This document shows, one piece after another, positions 1 through 7,351 of a stretch of 64,000 bases of DNA. The translations under genes and the position numbers were made by a program. Position 1 is the stretch's first letter; the number at the start of each line of letters is the position of its first letter. The notes beneath the pieces are model-generated. The model was not told the DNA's origin. It did no database searches and saw only the letters and a program-made list of their open reading frames with translations. This stretch comes from a candidate division FCPU426 bacterium (GTDB lineage: Bacteria > Oederibacteriota > Muellerivitia > Muellerivitales > Muellerivitaceae), in contig PLFD01000055.1 in NCBI GenBank assembly GCA_003136635.1, positions 346 to 64,345 on the forward strand, written 5' to 3'.

Positions 1-510
1 GTTGCTCTGATTGGCGCAGGGGTCTTGAAAATATTTAAAAGCCCCTTATTAAAACTCCTTTCTTTCATTAACGAACAATTGAAGGTTATGGTCAGGCCAA
101 GTCCAACGGTACATTGCGAACAAGATGTTACCGATATTCAACAAAGCTTTTGGTTTTATTTATTTGCCGGTGAAATAGGGAAAAGAGTGTTTGTCCAAAT
201 AAGAGGAAGATTTCATATAACAATAAGTGGTTGGTGGGAGAATCAGCCGAGGTTTATCAAGGTGATTTTCAAACCCACCCAAAACATTGGAACTGGCTAT
301 TATGAAAATTACGGGGAGTTTAGAGAGAACGACGATATTCCTATGGATAGAATGACGCTTTCAGAAGGCCGCACCTACAATTTACACATTGATGTTGATA
401 TCAAAATGGGCCACGAAATTGAGAGGAAACCCCTAAAAGGTGAGATTATTCTCGTTGATCAATTTGGAGGGGAATTCAGTTTAGGGATTCGGACATTTCG
501 CGCTCAATGA
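1..510 (+). CDS. hypothetical protein, 3' part (gene probably starts upstream of the window)
   Basis: The frame of ORF 25..510 stays open back to nt 1 (VALIGAGV-LKIF...). No motif recognised. It converges on the minus-strand PIN module. Confidence 0.35.
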   Translation, partial: VALIGAGVLKIFKSPLLKLLSFINEQLKVMVRPSPTVHCEQDVTDIQQSFWFYLFAGEIGKRVFVQIRGRFHITISGWWENQPRFIKVIFKPTQNIGTGYYENYGEFRENDDIPMDRMTLSEGRTYNLHIDVDIKMGHEIERKPLKGEIILVDQFGGEFSLGIRTFRAQ

Positions 511-565
511 AAGGTAAGATCTGTAAACCCGCAAGAAGCAAAGGGCAAGGTTTATTTGTTCTGCA

Positions 566-1006
566 TTAAGAGATATCAGTACTGGGGCGGAGCAAAATGT
601 TTTTTCCAGCCAGTTCTTTTTTAATTTTTTTAATTAAGCCGTTATCGTCCGTGTAAATCGTTACTTGTTCAAAATTTGGAAATAGTTGTGTTAGTTTTTG
701 TTTGACAGATACTTCGATGAGCATAAGCGTTGCGGCAAGAATAGAAACGTCACCAAATCCAGTCATGTTATAAAATGAGCGGCCACCATACTTGTTTAGG
801 ATATCGCTGTAGTGTTTTAGATAGATTGCCTCGTCGAAATTGCCGGATTTGATAATTTTTGAAATGCGAGCTGGAAGACCTTTTCCGTGTATTATTTGTG
901 TCATTTCAACTTCCTCTTCAACATCAGGTGCCAAGTAATAGTTATTTTGTAGAGCAAAATTCTTGGTGAAAACGTAATGAACTCCGTTTGTATCAATTAA
1001 GTTCAT
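566..1006 (-). CDS. PIN-domain nuclease (toxin-like)
   Basis: 146 aa. LIDTN (Asp5), EEEVE (aa 30-34), GDVSILAA (Asp86) and TDDNG (Asp120/121) fit the spacing of the four acidic PIN positions. ATGA start/stop overlap with the upstream gene. Confidence 0.6.
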   Translation of the reverse strand: MNLIDTNGVHYVFTKNFALQNNYYLAPDVEEEVEMTQIIHGKGLPARISKIIKSGNFDEAIYLKHYSDILNKYGGRSFYNMTGFGDVSILAATLMLIEVSVKQKLTQLFPNFEQVTIYTDDNGLIKKIKKELAGKNILLRPSTDIS

Positions 1007-2280
1007 ATGCCAAGCTCGTTACGATATTTGCGATATCCTTTTTTATTGGATGCTCCCCATATCAAATGTTGTGCCTGAACACTCGACAGCGATCCACTTC
1101 GAATTCCAATATTGATGGCTTGAAATGTTATTCGGCCACAAAATTTTTCTACCGACGTTGAAACTCGTGGAGAATTCATGTGTGTCTTAGTCTTCTTGGG
1201 AACATATACTGGTGGTTTTAATGCATCGTATTCTTGCTTTGAAATGATTCCTCTCATCCGAAGGGTAGTGACCAGCGCCAATGGGGACACTTTAAATTTA
1301 TTTGAAAGATCGTCTCTCATATTAGAGGTGATACTCTGCTCACGAAGAGGTTCAACTTCGGTTGTTGGAATGAGAAGTTCCGTTGTAATTGAATGTAACT
1401 TTGCTGATATACCCTTTGCTTTCAAAATCTTTGCTTTAAAATTTTTATCAAGAAAATAGTCGTATTGTTCAAGCCCGATAATTGCAATTAGATAAATCAA
1501 TGTATATATCTGTCTACTTTCAACTTCGTCCGGATTCACTTCACTTGGAAGGAAAACAAAAGGCACTTGGTCATCTCTAATCACGAAACCACTTGTGCTT
1601 TTATAAACGTCGTTTTGTACAACCTGCCAAGCTGGCAGCAATTTATTTGTCAGGACACCCCTGGAGACGTTTATGTTTTTATCTTCTGTCTGTGCGATGA
1701 AATATTTCAAAGCCCGTCCCTTGCTGGTAAAACTCCACAACGTCGAACGATCGATTTTAAAGTGGGTGAGTATATGATTAACTGCTTGGCTAGTCTGCAT
1801 GCCTTGCAATGATCCGCAGAAAGAGTTGTTTGAAAAAGTAACTGAACTCGTTAGAAAGTTTTGTTGGCGAATTAACCGATCAATAATACGTTTTGAAGTT
1901 ACGTTACCGGTTCCTTTTCGCTTAGCAATTAATTTGGAAGAGACTTTATATTTACGTTGCTTATCGATTTGAGCTATTTGATTATCAAGATTGGTACGGT
2001 TTAGAAGGAACATCTGCCAAGGGATTAGGATCTTTTCGCTTTCTGCCTGTAGATCCATAAAATCAATATGACCGTTAGCGAATGCCTCGCTGAAAATGGG
2101 ACGATCTATCAATTTTTCTTCAGGATACATGCCAAGTACGCGTTCAATGACATTGTCTTCGATTTCTGTTGAGTTAGTGCCGTTGGCCTTGATCCACATA
2201 GACTGTTCTGACCCGCCCTCGAAAACTGGTTTGCCTGTAAGGTTATAATAACCCGAAAGGTAGATTGGAAATGGCAACAA
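1003..2280 (-). CDS. large partner protein of the PIN gene; C-terminal half resembles an ImmA/IrrE (COG2856) domain lacking the HEXXH metal site
   Basis: 425-aa ORF with a TTG start and no clear RBS, so the true start is uncertain. The ordered blocks IYTLIYLIAII / SITTELLIP / KFKVSPLALVTTLRMRGII parallel the FTLxHExxH / FAxELLMP / FxVSxxxxxxRL blocks of ImmA/IrrE peptidases. No HExxH occurs anywhere in the protein. Confidence 0.45.
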   Translation of the reverse strand: MLPFPIYLSGYYNLTGKPVFEGGSEQSMWIKANGTNSTEIEDNVIERVLGMYPEEKLIDRPIFSEAFANGHIDFMDLQAESEKILIPWQMFLLNRTNLDNQIAQIDKQRKYKVSSKLIAKRKGTGNVTSKRIIDRLIRQQNFLTSSVTFSNNSFCGSLQGMQTSQAVNHILTHFKIDRSTLWSFTSKGRALKYFIAQTEDKNINVSRGVLTNKLLPAWQVVQNDVYKSTSGFVIRDDQVPFVFLPSEVNPDEVESRQIYTLIYLIAIIGLEQYDYFLDKNFKAKILKAKGISAKLHSITTELLIPTTEVEPLREQSITSNMRDDLSNKFKVSPLALVTTLRMRGIISKQEYDALKPPVYVPKKTKTHMNSPRVSTSVEKFCGRITFQAINIGIRSGSLSSVQAQHLIWGASNKKGYRKYRNELGI

Positions 2281-2468
2281 AGGGGAAGCTTTATTACAAC
2301 TCTGAATATATGAAAGCGAGAATTGTGATTGTTTACTATGAAATTGAGGAAATCGTAAATATTAGAGTTAGAGTTGAATGTAAAACATAAAGGTTCCGGC
2401 CAACACTCAACACTTTAAAAAATAAAGGGTGCCTGGTTCCTTTTGGCTTTAGAACATTTCAGTTTTCA

Positions 2469-2654
2469 TTTCTTCGCCCGTTCTAAAAATACCCTAGGCG
2501 TAACAATGGACAGGCGTTCCAAACCAACTGTCTTCAGCTTTTCTTTCGTGATGGAAAGAAGATCCAAATCGCCGGTCACCAGGAAGTCCGCGGAGACGGT
2601 TTTGGCCGAACACAAAGGTTCCAGGCCAACATTCAACACTTTAGGCCAGACCCC
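2469..2654 (-). pseudogene. remnant of a PIN-family toxin gene (C-terminal ~60 codons only)
   Basis: The minus-strand frame reads KVLNVGLEPLCSAKTVSADFLVTGDLDLLSITKEKLKTVGLERLSIVTPRVFLERAKK-stop. aDxLVTGDxDLL is the conserved C-terminal block of a large PIN toxin family. The frame is closed upstream by a stop at 2655-2657 and the N-terminal half is absent. Confidence 0.45.
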
Positions 2655-2684
2655 TCAATCCCCGCGCCCGGAAATAGGGGCCTG

Positions 2685-2905
2685 GCTTACAAGTTACATT
2701 TTAATACTGATCGGAGTTCTATGAGCTGGACGGACGATATTCACGAAGAACTTCACGAAATGGACGCCCAAGGCTTAAGGCGCCGTCTTCGCGCGGTAGA
2801 TCTTTTAGGCGGCATGAGAGCTTCAGTTGAAAATAAGGACTGTATTCTTTTTTGCACCAATAATTACCTGGGGCTGGCCGATCACCCTCATGTTTTAGAA
2901 CGATC
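2685..2905 (+). repeat. left copy of a 221-nt direct repeat (bioF leader plus first 61 codons)
   Basis: Gap-free collinear match to 4531..4751 with 22 mismatches by hand alignment. The 59-nt block 2826..2884 is identical. Confidence 0.9.
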
Positions 2906-2927
2906 ATCCAAGACAATTTTGCATTGA
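2721..2927 (+). pseudogene. truncated bioF 5' fragment (68 codons)
   Basis: MSWTDDIHEELHEMDAQGLRRRLRAVDLLGGMRASVENKDCILFCTNNYLGLADHPHVLERS matches the N-terminus of the full bioF at 4567 (2 aa differences). It then diverges and stops. Confidence 0.85.
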
Positions 2928-2990
2928 AGGCAAAGCCTGACCAGGTTGATATTGAGCCTTTTTCAAGTATATCAATTTATACTGTTATTT

Positions 2991-3030
2991 ATGTATAACC
3001 GTGTATAGATGTGTATAATTGTGTATAAAT
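2991..3030. repeat. four tandem 10-bp units ATGTATAACC GTGTATAGAT GTGTATAATT GTGTATAAAT
   Basis: Read directly. Head-to-tail units with one helical turn of periodicity, 33 nt upstream of the ATPase start. A TATAAT hexamer lies at 3014-3019 inside unit 3. Confidence 0.8.
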
Positions 3031-3062
3031 TTTCACGAAATAAATATTAACGGAAAACCAAA

Positions 3063-4289
3063 ATGGACAAAATCAAAAACCCGTTCTCGCCGGGCGCGGG
3101 ATCACCGCCTCCGGAGCTTGCCGGTCGTGACGGCATTTTGGAAAGCGCAAGGGTGCTCCTGGGCCGTGTGAAAGAAAAACGGTCAGAAAAGAGCATCCTC
3201 CTGACGGGTCTTCGCGGGGTAGGCAAGACGGTCCTATTGAACGAAATTGAACGGATAGCCGCGGATCAAGGTTATCGTACCATTCAGATCGAGGCGCATG
3301 AGGACAAACCCCTCGCGGCGCTCTTGGTGCCGCATCTTCGCCGTTTGCTATATGACTTGGACCGGATCAAGGGCGTGAGTGAGAAAGTCCGGCATGGTAT
3401 TGGCGTATTACGAAGTTTTATTGGAACGTTGAAGTTAACCTATGGCGATTATGAGGTGGGTATCGACATAGAACCGGAAAAAGGGTCCGCCGACAGCGGT
3501 GATTTGGAGGCCGACTTGCCCAATCTTTTCGCGGCGGTTGCGGAAGCGGCAGAAGACCGGTCAACGGCGATCGCGGTACTGGTTGATGAAATCCAATATT
3601 TCAATTCATCCGAACTGAGCGCGCTGATTATGGCCATGCACCGGATGCAGCAACGCCGGCTCCCTCTGGTCTTGATCGGGGCCGGGTTGCCGATCCTGCC
3701 TGGATTGGCTGGGGAATCGAAGTCTTACGCCGAAAGGCTCTTCAGTTTTCCCGATATCGGACCCTTGTCGGCAAAAGATGCCGCCAAGGCGCTCCAGGAT
3801 CCGGTGAAAGCCGAGGGAGTGGAATTTAAGCGTGATGCTTTGGGTGAAATCTGCGAATTGACGAAAGGCTATCCCTATTTCATCCAGGAGTGGGGCTACC
3901 AAGCGTGGAATCATGCCGAGTCCTCGCCCATAATTCTTAAGGACATCAAGGAAACCACGCAAGTCGTCGCGGACCGCCTGGATAAAAATTTTTTCCGTGT
4001 GCGTTTTGACCGCCTTAGGCCGCGGGAAAAGGATTTTCTCCGCGCGATGGCCGATATTGGCCCGGGTCCGTACCGGACGGGTGATATTGCGGATGCCCTC
4101 GGTGAAAAAATCAATACGTTAGGCCCTATGCGGGCAAGCCTTATTAAAAAAGGGATGATTTACAGCCCGTCCCATGGGGATTTGGCTTTCACGGTGCCTC
4201 TCTTTGACGAATTCATGCGCCGGGCTATTCCGAAGTTTCAGACAAAAACAAAAAAGAAATCAAACCTAAAACCAAAACGTAATTTATAG
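3063..4289 (+). CDS. AAA-type ATP-binding protein (archaeal-ATPase/ORC-like family) with a winged-helix-like C-terminus
   Basis: 408 aa. N-terminal NPFSPGAGSPPPELAGRD, Walker A GLRGVGKT, Walker B VLVDEIQ, and a C-terminal FLRAMADIG...TGDIADALG helix-turn-helix-like segment. GC-rich relative to its neighbours. Confidence 0.7.
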   Translation: MDKIKNPFSPGAGSPPPELAGRDGILESARVLLGRVKEKRSEKSILLTGLRGVGKTVLLNEIERIAADQGYRTIQIEAHEDKPLAALLVPHLRRLLYDLDRIKGVSEKVRHGIGVLRSFIGTLKLTYGDYEVGIDIEPEKGSADSGDLEADLPNLFAAVAEAAEDRSTAIAVLVDEIQYFNSSELSALIMAMHRMQQRRLPLVLIGAGLPILPGLAGESKSYAERLFSFPDIGPLSAKDAAKALQDPVKAEGVEFKRDALGEICELTKGYPYFIQEWGYQAWNHAESSPIILKDIKETTQVVADRLDKNFFRVRFDRLRPREKDFLRAMADIGPGPYRTGDIADALGEKINTLGPMRASLIKKGMIYSPSHGDLAFTVPLFDEFMRRAIPKFQTKTKKKSNLKPKRNL

Positions 4290-4477
4290 CATAGGGTTAA
4301 AATCGACGGAAAAGCCGGGCGGTATCAAATGGAATTGTTGGGAACAGTATGGGTACGGTACCGGATTCGAAAAATTCTTCAGAAGCTCAAGAAGGAGGGG
4401 CGAATCCGGGTGGTGCAAATGGGCTCCAAAGGAAAATGGCGAAAAATATAGGGTTTTAATTAGGTACTATCCCGGCC

Positions 4478-4511
4478 AACTAGGTATTTTGAGGGGTGAT
4501 AATACCTAGTT
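4478..4511. repeat. perfect 11-bp inverted repeat AACTAGGTATT-N12-AATACCTAGTT
   Basis: Read directly. It lies 20 nt upstream of the right bioF repeat, and no T-run follows it. Confidence 0.8.
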
Positions 4512-4530
4512 GAATAGAACCCAGAGTTTT

Positions 4531-4751
4531 GCTTACAGATTAAATTTTAATACTGATCGGGGTTATATGAGTTGGACGGACGATATTCATGAAGAACTTC
4601 ACGAAATGGAGGCCCAGGGTTTAAGGCGCCGTCTTCGTACAGTAGACCTATTGGGCGGTATGCGGGCTTCGGTTGAAAATAAGGACTGTATTCTTTTTTG
4701 CACCAATAATTACCTGGGGCTGGCCGATCATCCGCATGTTTTAGAACGATC
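4531..4751 (+). repeat. right copy of the 221-nt bioF 5' direct repeat
   Basis: See 2685..2905. The identical core is 4672..4730. Confidence 0.9.
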
Positions 4752-5721
4752 TCAAAAAGCGCTGTTTCGCTATGGCGCCAGTGCTCAGGCCTCCCGTCTC
4801 GTTTCGGGTCATTTGCCCATTCATCAACAATTGGAAGAAAAGACAGCGGCTTTTAAAGGATCTGAGGCCTGTTTGGCTTTTCCAACGGGCTATATGGCCA
4901 ATCTGGCGGCGGTTTCAGCCCTGGTTGATGAGAAAGACGTTATTCTTTGTGATCGTCTCAATCACGCCAGCTTGATTGACGCTTGTCGTATGTCCAAAGC
5001 CAAGTTTATGGTTTATGAACATCTGAACCTTGAAGACCTTAAAGCACAGTTAGAAAAGACGGCCAAATACCGCAGACGGTTAGTGGTGACAGATGGATTG
5101 TTCAGTATGGATGGCGATCTGGTGCCTTTATTAAAGCTAATGGAATTGGCCCATGAATATGACGCGTTGGTCATGGTGGATGACGCCCATGGTACGGGTG
5201 TTTTGGGTCCGACGGGACAGGGGATCATCCACCACTTTCCCTTAAAGCATTTTCCAGCGGTCGTGGTGGGTACTTACAGCAAGGCAATAGGAAGCATGGG
5301 CGGGTTCGTTTGCGGTTCCCAATTGTTTATCGAATATCTTTTAAACAAAGCCCGTACGTTTATTTACACCACGGGATTGCCGCCGTCAGTTTGCGGGGCT
5401 TCGCTGGGGGCTTTGGAAGTGATGGAACAGGAAACCAGCCGGGTGGATAAGCTTTGGGATAATGCCAAAAAGATTCGCGTTGGTTTAAAGGCGCTGGGTT
5501 ATGACATACCCAGAGGGGCCGGGCCGATATTGCCTGTAATGGTTGGCGAAAATGAAGAAGCCCTGCGTATGTCAAAAAGGCTTTTAGAAGAGGGCATCCT
5601 TATCGTTGCCATTCGTCCGCCCACAGTCCCCAAAGGCACAGCCCGTTTACGGCTTTCCGTATCGGCGGCTCATACGGATGAGGATATTGTTAAGCTTTTG
5701 GATGCGTTTAAGAAGCTATAA
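4567..5721 (+). CDS. bioF: 8-amino-7-oxononanoate synthase
   Basis: Class II aminotransferase fold signatures NNYLGL and GTYSKAIGSMGG (PLP lysine), with the right length and neighbouring bioD/bioA. Start placed at ATG 4567 (MSWTDD), shared with the duplicated copy, instead of the TTG at 4510. Confidence 0.9.
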   Translation: MSWTDDIHEELHEMEAQGLRRRLRTVDLLGGMRASVENKDCILFCTNNYLGLADHPHVLERSQKALFRYGASAQASRLVSGHLPIHQQLEEKTAAFKGSEACLAFPTGYMANLAAVSALVDEKDVILCDRLNHASLIDACRMSKAKFMVYEHLNLEDLKAQLEKTAKYRRRLVVTDGLFSMDGDLVPLLKLMELAHEYDALVMVDDAHGTGVLGPTGQGIIHHFPLKHFPAVVVGTYSKAIGSMGGFVCGSQLFIEYLLNKARTFIYTTGLPPSVCGASLGALEVMEQETSRVDKLWDNAKKIRVGLKALGYDIPRGAGPILPVMVGENEEALRMSKRLLEEGILIVAIRPPTVPKGTARLRLSVSAAHTDEDIVKLLDAFKKL

Positions 5722-6028
5722 CAAAACATCTTTAACCACCAAGGGCACCAAGTTCACCATGCCGACCTTCAATAAAGCTTTTAACAGGGTGTTGAAAAAC
5801 TATTTTCAACAACCTGTTAATGAGGTCGGTATAGTACCGATTTCCATAATTTGTTTTATGGTAAATCGGCACAAGAAAGGCAAAACCAAAATTTTGGTTT
5901 AAACATTAATACGACTCTGATAAATAATTAGTTTAAAACCCTTCCCCGAATAGATAGGGATATCTCCCTTCTTTCGCAGTTATAATGAGTAGTATTAATC
6001 AGGTTAATTTTAATAACGGGTTTTAATC

Positions 6029-6924
<896 letters not shown>

Positions 6925-7111
6925 AAAGAAGTCATTACCGGCTGCCAAGGCCATCCGGCCTTTAGCCGTGTACACAGTTTTTCCATTTTATGGGCCTGTG
7001 GCCCAAATAATACGGTAACTGTGTGGCAGCTCGGTCCAAGTACGCAAATGGGGTAACTTACTCATCTGGAATTGATTTGATCGTGTTTAATGCTAAAGAG
7101 AGAGCTGTCCC

Positions 7112-7333
7112 TTGACGAAATATCAAATAACAAAACAGCATAAGTGTAGTTATTGCAAAACAGGCGATTTGGCGATTTTGAATTATTCACACGCGAAGAT
7201 CAAAAACGAAGTTGATTTTTTATATATGTGCGTTAATAAAGGGTGCGAACATTTTGAGATAAGGGATCAAAAATATGGTCCCTATTCCATTTATAAGCTG
7301 CCTGAAGAAGAACGGCAGTCATTGAATAGCTAG
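7112..7333 (+). CDS. small Cys-rich (zinc-ribbon-like) hypothetical protein
   Basis: 73 aa with CSYC...CVNKGC pairs. TTG start. Confidence 0.35.
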   Translation: MTKYQITKQHKCSYCKTGDLAILNYSHAKIKNEVDFLYMCVNKGCEHFEIRDQKYGPYSIYKLPEEERQSLNS

Positions 7334-7351
7334 TCTAAAGGGGAAATTGGA

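Larger units (their letters stand above)
2906..4530. mobile_element. candidate integrated cassette between the two bioF 5' repeats (no recombinase gene inside)
   Basis: Bounded by diverged direct repeats of the target gene's 5' end. Its GC content is visibly higher than both flanks. It contains only the iteron-like array, one ATPase gene and an inverted repeat. Confidence 0.35.

Noticed and set aside
2443-2724. 93-aa plus-strand ORF in the track
   Set aside because: It runs antisense through the PIN remnant and into the bioF repeat leader. It starts at a non-ATG codon, has no RBS and has an arbitrary composition. The opposite-strand remnant explains it better.
4329-4451. 40-codon ORF (MELLGTVWVRYRIRKILQKLKKEGRIRVVQMGSKGKWRKI) resembling the tail of a winged-helix DNA-binding domain
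   Set aside because: It is too short, has no convincing Shine-Dalgarno sequence, and covers only the last part of a possible domain. It may be another gene fragment inside the cassette, but I cannot support it as a gene.
4510-4566. N-terminal extension of bioF from TTG 4510
   Set aside because: The duplicated copy and AONS homologues begin at MSWTDD. The extension also overlaps the 11-bp inverted repeat. Similar upstream extensions in the track were rejected for pgpA (12902), cheA (19381), cheY (22281), cheB (22660), cheX2 (25151), the EAL gene (30666) and fliN (55128). In each case a downstream ATG has a good RBS and sits right after the preceding stop.
5606-5902. 98-aa ORF overlapping the end of bioF and the palindrome cluster
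   Set aside because: It overlaps bioF out of frame and then reads through inverted repeats. It has no coding-like features.
6925-7111. Possible coding remnant on the minus strand (…SCHTVTVLFGPQAHKMEKLCTRLKAGWPWQPV…), faintly HicA-like
   Set aside because: The resemblance is only a few residues, the order of blocks does not fit, and the frame is short. It is not supportable without a database search.
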